Source: an uncultured Opitutales bacterium (GTDB lineage: Bacteria; Verrucomicrobiota; Verrucomicrobiia; Opitutales; Intestinicryptomonadaceae). Taken from it: DNA of 32,000 bases. The stretch is taken from positions 120,001 through 152,000 of the forward strand of contig CAKTSY010000004.1 of the NCBI GenBank assembly GCA_934613415.1. Direction: 5' to 3'. Below, piece by piece: positions 24,274-32,000 of this stretch (positions are counted from its first letter, which is position 1; every line of letters starts with the position of its first letter). The translations under genes were made by a program, and so were the position numbers. Below the pieces are notes generated by a model. It was not told where the DNA came from, did not search any database, and saw only the letters and a program-made list of their open reading frames with translations.

Positions 24274-26307
24274 TTATTTTACAAATTTAAAGAACGCGGG
24301 CATCATCGTTTCAACATTCGTGTTTATAGACCAAATATTGCCATCGCGCGAATGGTCTACATTTTCCCACTCGCCATTTTGGGCAAGCATTAAAACGGTT
24401 TTATAGTTGTCGACTGTTTTTATGCGGAATGGATTTTCGGTATCCAACCCCAAGTTAACTGCGCAAACCAAAAGCGAAGAATCTTCATAGTCGCCGCATT
24501 TTAGGTAAATTTCGGCATCGTCAACATAGTAGGCTTTTGCAACGCCGAATGTTTCAAGCGCATTTGCAAACAACGCCTTTACCTGACGGTTCATAATTGC
24601 AGGCTCGCACTCTCTGTCGGCGGCATTTAACGCCACGACAAAAACATTGCCGCCCAATTTGTTCTTATACAGCGACATAAAGGGAATATCTTTGTTTTTG
24701 CAGTTTTTGCGAAGCTGCCCCGTATAGTCCATGTTCTCGAAATACGCCATAATTTTTACATTTTCGGCAAGCGGCTTTAGCTCGTAGGGGTAGTTAGTCC
24801 TAAAAAATTCGCTTTCGCCTATTCCGTTTATGGGAATAGCCAACCTTCCCCTACCCGTCATAAATGTTTTTGCGGGGGCAATTTCAACGCCGAGCAAGTC
24901 GCCCATATTCCTTTTTTGAATTTGCATAGCGGCTATAGCATCTACTATTGCAGATTTAGAAAGTATTGTTTTTAGCTCGTTGTCGCTTAAGGCGGCAACT
25001 ATAGAGGCGTCTAGCATGAAAGATTCGGCTGCGTTTGCTCGCGCATAGTTTACAGGCAAGCCCAACCTGCCGAAAGACTTTTGCCATTTGCTGTAATACG
25101 ATTCTATAGAGCCTACAAAGGGGTTATATTGGTAAAAATCGTTTTCGGCAATAGGCCCAGTTATGCCATTATATTTTACTTTTTTAGTTTCATTTATTAG
25201 CGCGTTGTAAAACTTTGAATGTTTTGAAAATAATTTTTTGTAGGCTTGCGCACTTTTAGGATCGTAGCCGTAAAAGGTGTTTGGCCAAAACTTTGCGCCC
25301 GTGCAGCCCTCTATCAAAGACATTGCGTATAATGCATGCAAAGGACTTGCCCCCGTCGCGTATCTGTTGCGGTAGTGTGGGTCTATTTCGGCAAGGTGCT
25401 CGTCTATGTCTTTTGTAATTTCTATCTGCACGGCAGTAGAATACATTCTATGGGGAAATGTGCGGTTGCTGTCGCTACCCGACCAATACCTTGCGTTGTT
25501 TATGCGGCATACCGAAGGGTTGCCCTTGCCCGCCAATATCTTTGCAAGCTTTGTAGAAAAGCGCGAGTCCGACTCGCATTGGCAGAAAATTATCGGCATT
25601 GTTTCGTCTACTAAATCAACACTTTGACGCAATTTTTGCATAAGGCTTGCAAGCGATTCCAAATTGGTTTCGTCAAAAAGGCGGCCGACTTTTTTATCTT
25701 CTTGGCTTGTGCCGCGCAAATGGTTGTAAAGTTGTTCCCTTGTTATGCTATAGCCCAGTTTGTCAGACAATTTTTTAAGGTGCAATGGGCACGCGCAACC
25801 ATTCCTGCCAGTAGTAAGGCGCGTATCATCGTCTATAAGAAGGAAATCGGGCTTTAGCTGCGCCATTCTTTTAATGGCGTCGCAAGAATAAGAAACAAGC
25901 AAGTCGTCTAACGGGCAATATACGGGGAATACCCTGCCGGTAACCGAAACAATTTTTTGAATGTTTGCATAATTGGGAATTTTGCCGTGCCCTAAAATTG
26001 CGTGAAACATTATGCCTACGGGGCACTTTAATTTGCCCGCGCTTTTAAGCAAAGTTTTATATTCGTCTGCAAATTCCGAAACTTTGTCGATTGGAAGGGG
26101 CGCGCCCTCGGCAATTGCCATCATCTGAACAACGTGCATTGTGCAGCAGCCGCTGTCTTCCATAAAATGCATATCTTTTGCGAGATATTCGGTAAGAGAA
26201 TCCTGCAAAGGAACCAAGTTTATAAGTTTTACCTCGGGCAACTTCTGTTTTGCGACTAGTGAAAATGCCGCAAAAAACGAAAGAATAAACGCAATGCATA
26301 GTTTCAT
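24274..26307 (-). CDS. Secreted protein of unknown function (677 aa), possibly a GH42-like TIM-barrel glycan-active enzyme
   Basis: It has a signal peptide (MKLCIAFILSFFAAFSLVAKQ) and a GAGGAGG Shine-Dalgarno. Its stop lies 6 nt before the esterase start. The Cys/His pattern is C131...C171-A-C173-P-L-H176. I recognise no family with confidence. Confidence 0.8.
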   Translation of the reverse strand: MKLCIAFILSFFAAFSLVAKQKLPEVKLINLVPLQDSLTEYLAKDMHFMEDSGCCTMHVVQMMAIAEGAPLPIDKVSEFADEYKTLLKSAGKLKCPVGIMFHAILGHGKIPNYANIQKIVSVTGRVFPVYCPLDDLLVSYSCDAIKRMAQLKPDFLLIDDDTRLTTGRNGCACPLHLKKLSDKLGYSITREQLYNHLRGTSQEDKKVGRLFDETNLESLASLMQKLRQSVDLVDETMPIIFCQCESDSRFSTKLAKILAGKGNPSVCRINNARYWSGSDSNRTFPHRMYSTAVQIEITKDIDEHLAEIDPHYRNRYATGASPLHALYAMSLIEGCTGAKFWPNTFYGYDPKSAQAYKKLFSKHSKFYNALINETKKVKYNGITGPIAENDFYQYNPFVGSIESYYSKWQKSFGRLGLPVNYARANAAESFMLDASIVAALSDNELKTILSKSAIVDAIAAMQIQKRNMGDLLGVEIAPAKTFMTGRGRLAIPINGIGESEFFRTNYPYELKPLAENVKIMAYFENMDYTGQLRKNCKNKDIPFMSLYKNKLGGNVFVVALNAADRECEPAIMNRQVKALFANALETFGVAKAYYVDDAEIYLKCGDYEDSSLLVCAVNLGLDTENPFRIKTVDNYKTVLMLAQNGEWENVDHSRDGNIWSINTNVETMMPAFFKFVK

Positions 26308-26352
26308 ATAAATTCCTCCTCAATGAATAGTGTTGTAATTGTACGAGCTCGT

Positions 26353-26381
26353 ATTCTCACAATATGCAAAAGTTATGTCAA
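26353..26381 (-). promoter_or_regulatory. Candidate sigma70-type promoter (TTGACA-N17-GAGAAT, with TGT just upstream of the -10)
   Basis: The minus strand has TTGACA at 26381-26376 and GAGAAT at 26358-26353, about 45 nt upstream of the ATG at 26307. Confidence 0.45.
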
Positions 26382-26465
26382 GAATAGACAAAACAAAATC
26401 AACAAAAACAAACTCAAACCAACACGGTGTTTGTGTTTGCATAAATAAAAAAATGCTTTTTTAGA

Positions 26466-27023
26466 TTAGTCTAGACAAACCCCCAAAAGCGATTTCGCCA
26501 AAGACGCCGCCGACTTTGCAAGGCTGTTGCTAGAATCTACAAGCTGCCTGCCAAGCGAAGGCTTAAAAACAAGCGTTTTTATAGCTTCTTTTACGGTTGT
26601 GTCGTTCGACAGCTCGGCCTGTTTATATACGCTTTCCATCTGCGAAGAAAGAGCGGCGCATTCTTTTGCAAATGCGGCATATTTTTCTTTTACCGCATCG
26701 GGGCACCGAGAAACGTCTATTTTTGCAAGCTCGTCGCAAGCCGTTTTTATTTCGGTTACCGAATATTTGCCTGAAGCTTTCAATTTTTTTAGGGGAACCT
26801 TTGCGTCGTCTAAAAGCTTTTTAACTGAAGCCGTTCCCGAAAATTTGTTGCCCGACTTTTCGTCTAACTTTGCGGCTGCATTTTCGGCAGAATCTTTTGC
26901 CTCGGTTTTTGCCGCTGTTTTTATGTCCGAAATAACTTCTTTGCTTAAGTCCTTAAAGAAATTGCCGAACGCCGCCAACGATAGCAATGCAAATATTGCA
27001 GATGTAAATATTGCCTTTTTCAT
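26466..27023 (-). CDS. Small secreted, Lys/Ala-rich helical protein of unknown function (185 aa)
   Basis: It has a signal peptide (MKKAIFTSAIFALLSLAAFG) and an AGAGGA Shine-Dalgarno. I recognise no family motif. Confidence 0.7.
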   Translation of the reverse strand: MKKAIFTSAIFALLSLAAFGNFFKDLSKEVISDIKTAAKTEAKDSAENAAAKLDEKSGNKFSGTASVKKLLDDAKVPLKKLKASGKYSVTEIKTACDELAKIDVSRCPDAVKEKYAAFAKECAALSSQMESVYKQAELSNDTTVKEAIKTLVFKPSLGRQLVDSSNSLAKSAASLAKSLLGVCLD

Positions 27024-27082
27024 ATAAAATCCTCTACAAATATTTCAGATTATTTGCCCGAAAAATCAAGTTTTTTGTGGAC

Positions 27083-27114
27083 AAAAAACGCCGCACTTAA
27101 AACGGCGGCGTTTT
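27083..27114 (-). terminator. Intrinsic terminator after the ABC exporter gene
   Basis: A perfect 10-bp inverted repeat AAAACGCCGC / GCGGCGTTTT (27085-27094 and 27105-27114). On the minus strand the GC stem is followed by T6. It lies about 20 nt after the stop at 27133. Confidence 0.75.
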
Positions 27115-27132
27115 GGCATTTCGGCAAGTTGC

Positions 27133-28875
27133 CTACTGCCTTGTAGACTGCCTGTCGTACAATCCCTTATAATATGCGCACCTTTCGTAGAGTTCGGCGT
27201 GCGAGCCAAAGTCTACAATTTCGCCCTCTTTAAACACTATAATTTTTTGCACGTTGCGTATGGTGCTAAACCTATGGGCTATAACAAACATAGTTCTTTC
27301 GTGCATAAGGTTGTCTATGGCTTTTTGGATAAAAGCCTCGCTGTTTACGTCTAACGCCGAAGTGGCTTCGTCTAGCACAATAAACGGCGGATTTTTAAGA
27401 AATACCCTTGCTATTGCAATTCTTTGCTTTTGCCCGCCGCTAAGCCTGTCGCCGCGCTCACCCACAATAGTGTCGTAGCCGTTTTCAAGCTCGCTTATAA
27501 ATTCGTGCGCGTAGGCTGCTCGGGCCGCGGCGTACACCTCCTCTTTCGCAGCCTCGGGGCGCGCAAGCAGAATGTTGTTGAAAATAGTGTCGTTAAAAAG
27601 CACGGGATATTGCGGAACCGAGCCTAAATTCTTCCTTAAATCGAAAGAGCTTATGTCTTTTAGGTTTACCCCGTCGGCAAAAACTTCGCCTTCGGTCGGG
27701 TCGTAAAAGCGCATTGCAAGCTTTGCAAACGTGCTTTTGCCCGCGCCCGATTCGCCAACCAAAGCGCAGCTTGTGCCCGCTTTAATATTAATATTTACGT
27801 CTTTTAAAACGGTTTTGTCGGAATAAGCAAAGCTTACGTTTTTAAATTCTATGTCGCCTTTAATTGCGCCTATTGCCACGGGATTCTTTGGTTCGGGCAC
27901 GGTCGAAACATAGTCTAAAACCTCGTTTAAGCGGTCGAACGACGGCGTAATTTTAATAAAGTCGGTGCACATTCTTATTATGCGCTTAATGGGGTCTATT
28001 GTAAAATACAACGCCAAACCAATGGCGGCAAATGTCGAAAAATCTATCTTTGCCTTGTACGCATACACAAATGTTACCGAAACCATTGTAGCCGCCAAAA
28101 CCTCCATAAGGGGCTGCTGCAAAAGCTCGTATTTGGCTATTTTAAGCGAAAGTTTTTGGAATTTCATATTCATATTCCAGAACTTTTTCTTTTGGGGTTC
28201 TTGCAGATTAAAAACTCTAACTTCGTGGGCTGCCGCCAAATTTTCGTTGAAAAGCTGGGCAATGTGCCCCAGCGATTCTACCGCCTGCTTTGCGTTGCTT
28301 TTAAGGTTTTTGCGTATTATCTGCACGGGAATTATGCAAAACGGAATTGCCGCAATAAACACCAGCAAGAATACAACTTCGCCCTTTGTTATGCACATAT
28401 AAACCAAAAACGACAACGCGCCTATAACCTGCACGGGCTGCCTAATCATTTCGGAGGCGAACGAAAGCAAAATGGTTTGCACAGAAGAAGTATCGTTTGT
28501 AAGCCTTACAAACAAGTCGCCCGAAGTATGCTTGTCGAAAAACGAAAGTGGATAGTCTTGCACCTGCGAAAACAAGTCTTGCTTAATGCGGCGCAAAACC
28601 TCTAGCGAAACGTAGCTCATTAAATAGCCGCTAATGTAGCCTGTAATTGCCCTGATAAGGAATATTGCGGGTATTAGCATTGCAACGCCGAACACATACC
28701 AAAGGCTGTACGAAACGCCGCTTTCGGGAATGAAAATGCGCTTTAAAACCTTGTCGAAAATTACGGGCATGCCAAAGCCGCTTGACGCTCCGAACAAAAG
28801 CCCCGCCAAAAGCGCGCCTATCAAATACCAAATTTTCGGTTTTACATAGGTTAAATATCTGGAATATCGTTTCAT
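27133..28875 (-). CDS. ABC exporter, fused permease/ATPase (MsbA/multidrug-like type)
   Basis: It has an N-terminal 6-TM exporter domain. The ATPase motifs are Walker A GESGAGKST, signature LSGGQKQR, Walker B FIVLDEATSALD and H-loop VIAHR. Confidence 0.9.
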   Translation of the reverse strand: MKRYSRYLTYVKPKIWYLIGALLAGLLFGASSGFGMPVIFDKVLKRIFIPESGVSYSLWYVFGVAMLIPAIFLIRAITGYISGYLMSYVSLEVLRRIKQDLFSQVQDYPLSFFDKHTSGDLFVRLTNDTSSVQTILLSFASEMIRQPVQVIGALSFLVYMCITKGEVVFLLVFIAAIPFCIIPVQIIRKNLKSNAKQAVESLGHIAQLFNENLAAAHEVRVFNLQEPQKKKFWNMNMKFQKLSLKIAKYELLQQPLMEVLAATMVSVTFVYAYKAKIDFSTFAAIGLALYFTIDPIKRIIRMCTDFIKITPSFDRLNEVLDYVSTVPEPKNPVAIGAIKGDIEFKNVSFAYSDKTVLKDVNINIKAGTSCALVGESGAGKSTFAKLAMRFYDPTEGEVFADGVNLKDISSFDLRKNLGSVPQYPVLFNDTIFNNILLARPEAAKEEVYAAARAAYAHEFISELENGYDTIVGERGDRLSGGQKQRIAIARVFLKNPPFIVLDEATSALDVNSEAFIQKAIDNLMHERTMFVIAHRFSTIRNVQKIIVFKEGEIVDFGSHAELYERCAYYKGLYDRQSTRQ

Positions 28876-29014
28876 ATAAAATTATAAATGCGTTTTAAGA
28901 AATGCACGCCGGGCAAGCAAAAGAAAAGCCGCAAACGATTTGGCGCACAACCGGAAACTATGGTGGATTAACGAATTTTTCTGTCAACACAATTTGCCCC
29001 CACCAAAAATGCGC

Positions 29015-29045
29015 AAAAAAAAGCCGCAATAACGTATGCGGCTTT
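29015..29045 (-). terminator. Intrinsic terminator after phoU
   Basis: The minus strand reads AGCCGCA-TACGTTAT-TGCGGCT followed by T8, about 30 nt after the stop at 29076. Confidence 0.75.
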
Positions 29046-29075
29046 GAACGAAACAATCAAACTATGAAAAATATA

Positions 29076-29768
29076 TTACAACTTCGTTTCGTTTTCGGCG
29101 GCAATGCTTTTTACCGCCTCGCTTAAATTGTGCCTTACAATAATGCTGTGGCGCATATAGATAATGTCTTCGGCAATATTGGTGCATAAATCGGCTATGC
29201 GCTCGAACGACTTGCAGATAAGCAAATAGTTTACCGTTCCCATATTGCCCTTGTTTTCCATTTCGCTTTCGGCAGCCTGATAGCAGTTGCGCATAATGGT
29301 GTCTATATTGTCGTCGTCGGAGCAAACTTTTACGGCAAGCAGCTCGTTTTCGGTGGTAAAGGCGTCTATTGCCGTTTTAAGCATTTCTATGGTCCTTGCC
29401 GACATATCCTCTATGTCGAACGGAATATAGGCTGTAGGGCACCTTTTTATAAAGGGAATTCTTTTTGCCATATTCGCCGCCATATCGCCTATATGCTCAA
29501 GCTCGTTGTTAATCTTAAGCACTGTAACTACAAACCTTAAATCGCTTGCAACAGGCTGGTGAAGAGCCAATATTTTCAGGCACTCTTCCTCCATTTGCAC
29601 TTCAACCTTGTCTATTTCAAGGTCTTTTTTAACCACCTTTTCGGCAAGGTCTTCCGAAAGAGTAAGCAACGCCTTAACGCTAAGGCGCATATTCTCTTCG
29701 ACATACGTTGCAAGAACAAGCAGTTTGTCTTTAAGTGTTTCCAAGTCGTGTCTTAAATGCGAATTCAT
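29076..29768 (-). CDS. phoU: Phosphate signalling complex protein PhoU
   Basis: A 230-aa, all-helical protein with the two-repeat PhoU layout (DLEIDKVEVQMEEECLKILALHQPVASDLRFV, FERIADLCTNIAEDIIY). It lies immediately downstream of pstB. Confidence 0.92.
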   Translation of the reverse strand: MNSHLRHDLETLKDKLLVLATYVEENMRLSVKALLTLSEDLAEKVVKKDLEIDKVEVQMEEECLKILALHQPVASDLRFVVTVLKINNELEHIGDMAANMAKRIPFIKRCPTAYIPFDIEDMSARTIEMLKTAIDAFTTENELLAVKVCSDDDNIDTIMRNCYQAAESEMENKGNMGTVNYLLICKSFERIADLCTNIAEDIIYMRHSIIVRHNLSEAVKSIAAENETKL

Positions 29769-29771
29769 ATT

Positions 29772-30548
29772 TTAACCGAACCTTCCAGTTATATAATCGT
29801 TTGTTTCTTTCTTTTGCGGATTTGTAAAAATTTTTGCGGTTTTGTCGAACTCTACAAGGTTTCCCTCGTAAAAGAACGCAGTATAGTCGGAAACCCTAGA
29901 GGCCTGCTGCATATTGTGGGTAACAATTGCAATGGTATATTTGCCGGCAAGCTCCGAAATAAGGTCTTCAATGCGCGCTGTAGATTTTGGGTCTAGCGCG
30001 CTGCATGGCTCGTCCATAAGCAGAATTTCGGGCTTAATGGCAAGGGCGCGGGCAATGCAAAGCCTTTGTTGCTGACCTCCGCTAAGACCAAGCGCACTTG
30101 AATTTAGCCTGTCTTTTACCTCGTCGAACAAGGCCGCCTGTTTTAGCGATTTTTCCACAATTTCGTCTAGTTCGGCGCGCGGGCGGCGTCCCTGAAGCCT
30201 TACGCCGTATATAACATTTTCGTAGATGCTTTTCGGAAAGGGATTGGGGCGTTGAAACACCATGCCAACCCTTCTTCTAAGTTCCACAATGTCCAGATTT
30301 TTATTATATATGTCTACGCCGTCGAACATCAACTGCCCGCTTGTGTGGCAGGTGTCTACCAAGTCGTTCATACGGTTTATGCATCTTAAAAATGTACTTT
30401 TGCCGCAGCCGCTTGGGCCTATTATTGCGGTAACCTTTCCGCGCATAAAATCTACATTAACGTTTTTAACCGCCTTGTGTTGGCCGTAGTAAACGCAAAA
30501 GTCGCGCGCCGAAATTATGGTTTGGCCGTTTTGTGTGTTGCTTTGCAT
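29772..30548 (-). CDS. pstB: Phosphate ABC transporter ATP-binding protein PstB
   Basis: The motifs are Walker [10 protein letters not shown], signature LSGGQQQR and Walker [12 protein letters not shown]. The PstB-typical blocks [12 protein letters not shown] and [18 protein letters not shown] are also present. Confidence 0.96.
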   Translation of the reverse strand: MQSNTQNGQTIISARDFCVYYGQHKAVKNVNVDFMRGKVTAIIGPSGCGKSTFLRCINRMNDLVDTCHTSGQLMFDGVDIYNKNLDIVELRRRVGMVFQRPNPFPKSIYENVIYGVRLQGRRPRAELDEIVEKSLKQAALFDEVKDRLNSSALGLSGGQQQRLCIARALAIKPEILLMDEPCSALDPKSTARIEDLISELAGKYTIAIVTHNMQQASRVSDYTAFFYEGNLVEFDKTAKIFTNPQKKETNDYITGRFG

Positions 30549-30551
30549 ATT

Positions 30552-32000
30552 CTATCTTTTCTTTTGAAGTTTTGCCCTGATTATTATTGCCACAAAATTT
30601 AGCGATAAAACTATTGCCATAAGCGCAAACACCATTCCGTATTGAACGTGTTGCACCATTTCGGCGGCCTCGTGTTCCGAGCAAATGTTGTAGATATTCC
30701 ACGGCAGCGCGGGGGTTGGCTGCGAAAATATCTCGCTTAGCCCTAGGGCTACGCCCGTGCTTGTTGCCGCGGTAAAAATTATGGGGGCCGTTTCGCCTGC
30801 GGCTCTACCCATAGAAATTATAATGCCAGTAAGCATTGCGGGGAGTGCCGCAGGCAAAATTACGGTGCAAATTGCCCTCCATTTGCCCGCTCCCAAGCCG
30901 TAGGCAGCCTCGCGGTAGGAGTTGGGCACGCACTTTAAAGACTCAAAACAGCTTTGTATTATGGTGGGCAATATCAGCAAAGCCAATGTGGCACACCCTG
31001 CAATAACACTTTTGCCGTCGGATATTTTTAACGTGTTAATTAAAAACGCCAAACCGAACAAGCCAAATACTATAGAAGGCACGCCCGCCAAAGTTCCAAC
31101 GCACATTTTTAAAAGTGCTGTAATTTTTGTATCTCTTGCGTATTCCGAAAAATAGATTGCGGCTACTATACCCAAGGGTGCTGCCATAAGCATTGCGCCC
31201 AGCGTTAGGTAGAAAGTGCCTACAATCATAGGATATATTCCGCCGAATATGTTCGAGTCGTACGGGTCTTCGGTAAAAAAGCCTCCGTAAAACACAAAGT
31301 GCGGCTGCATCATTTTATCGAAAGTGGCTTCTATTTCGTCTAAAATTTTGGCAACTTGCCCGCCTTTAAAAACGTCTTTGCTATTTAAAATCTCGAAAGA
31401 AAGTATGCCGTCTTTTGCGGCGCGCTGCACCCTTATGCGCCTTACAGAATCGTTATAGACTTTTTCGGCCATGTCGTAGCGCGTTTGCCCGAACTTGTTG
31501 CGCAAAAGTTTTTCGGAAGCCCTTTGCTTTGCATTTACGGGGCCTAGCAGCTTTTGTATGCCGTGCTTTAAAGATTCGTAGTCGGCATTAGATGCGGAAA
31601 ATTCCGAAATTTTTGCGTCTATTGCAGCATTGGGAATTTCGCACATTGCCCTTCTTAAGGCCGATTTTGCGCCGAAGTTTAAACCGTCTTTTTTTGAGAT
31701 TTTGTTTGAAAGAGCTTTGGCTAACTTAGCAATTTCGCCCTTCTTTTTACTCAAGAACTTTTCGGCCGAAAACGATGCCGAGCCTTTTTTTGCATTCATG
31801 CAAAATTCTTCAAGCGATTCGTTAAAGTCTTTCCACGGGGCAGCGCATAATTCGGCAAACACGGCATTACGCTTTGCAGTGTCTTTTATTAAAGAAGCCT
31901 TTGCAAAATCCGCTTCGCTAGACTCTAGTTTTTTAAACACATCGCCGATTTTTAAATTAAGCGAGTTTTCGTTTTCGGGCAAGCTCTTGCCCTCGTATTC
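30552..32000 (-). CDS. pstA: Phosphate ABC transporter permease PstA, long form; 5' end lies beyond the window
   Basis: The C-terminal ~230 aa form a standard PstA core with the EAA loop (YREAAYGLGAGKWRAICTVILP). The track start at 31982 is TTG. The frame stays open to position 32000 (…EYEGKS-LPENEN), so the gene is truncated by the window edge. Confidence 0.88.
   Translation of the reverse strand, partial: EYEGKSLPENENSLNLKIGDVFKKLESSEADFAKASLIKDTAKRNAVFAELCAAPWKDFNESLEEFCMNAKKGSASFSAEKFLSKKKGEIAKLAKALSNKISKKDGLNFGAKSALRRAMCEIPNAAIDAKISEFSASNADYESLKHGIQKLLGPVNAKQRASEKLLRNKFGQTRYDMAEKVYNDSVRRIRVQRAAKDGILSFEILNSKDVFKGGQVAKILDEIEATFDKMMQPHFVFYGGFFTEDPYDSNIFGGIYPMIVGTFYLTLGAMLMAAPLGIVAAIYFSEYARDTKITALLKMCVGTLAGVPSIVFGLFGLAFLINTLKISDGKSVIAGCATLALLILPTIIQSCFESLKCVPNSYREAAYGLGAGKWRAICTVILPAALPAMLTGIIISMGRAAGETAPIIFTAATSTGVALGLSEIFSQPTPALPWNIYNICSEHEAAEMVQHVQYGMVFALMAIVLSLNFVAIIIRAKLQKKR

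Noticed and set aside
26388-26426. A C/A-rich low-complexity stretch (GACAAAACAAAATCAACAAAAACAAACTCAAACCAACAC) with a short imperfect hairpin.
   Set aside because: The stem is only 4-5 bp with a minimal loop, which is too weak to call a terminator or structured RNA. It is probably just the T-rich 3' flank of the 185-aa gene on the minus strand.
1-32000. A whole-window check for prophage, IS or transposon ends, integrases, toxin-antitoxin pairs, defence systems, and tRNA or rRNA genes.
   Set aside because: I found no transposase or integrase-like ORF and no terminal inverted repeats. There is no tRNA-like GC-rich cloverleaf segment in any intergenic gap. No ORF carries motifs of known defence or toxin families.

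Overview
The window is a bacterial chromosomal segment with about 24 protein genes, no rRNA or tRNA genes, no CRISPR array and no recognisable mobile element. GC looks mid-40s % by eye; I did not compute it. PEP-CTERM sorting signals, PATR-like beta-helix proteins, many secreted glycan-active enzymes and TTGACA-type promoters suggest a PVC-group bacterium (Lentisphaerota, Verrucomicrobiota or Kiritimatiellota) that forages on host glycans. That taxon guess is low-confidence inference.

Gene content, left to right:
- Minus-strand housekeeping run, 1-5816: aminotransferase 5' end, Lrp/AsnC regulator, YtqB/MnmM-type methyltransferase, Ste24-like M48 peptidase, gatB, gatA, gatC.
- Minus-strand run, 5920-9887: mgtE, then a GH99/GH71-clan-like hydrolase, then an unknown 404-aa secreted protein.
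- 10025-10621: an orphan nucleoside 2-deoxyribosyltransferase-like gene.
- 10695-17777: three PEP-CTERM surface proteins, one divergent from the other two, which are tandem paralogs.
- 17925-18818: a YddG-like DMT exporter.
- 18879-26307, a glycan-degradation neighbourhood: GH2, a DUF1080 lipoprotein, a small tandem-repeat lipoprotein, sialate O-acetylesterase and an unknown 677-aa secreted protein.
- 26466-28875: a small secreted helical protein and an MsbA-like ABC exporter.
- 29076-32000: phoU, pstB and pstA; pstA runs off the window end.

I do not see a clear new multi-gene system such as a defence island, toxin system or retroelement.

The parts most worth a second look are:
1. The duplicated promoter module of the tandem PEP-CTERM genes. 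A 10-bp palindrome and a perfect TTGACA box flank a poly(A) tract of 15 nt in one copy and 13 nt in the other.
2. The conserved-ends, variable-core architecture of the PEP-CTERM family.
3. A 141-aa lipoprotein made of about six 20-aa YRDAHGN repeats.
4. The uncharacterised 677-aa and 404-aa secreted proteins embedded among glycan-active genes.

Functional calls come from reading motifs in the supplied translations. No database search was possible.
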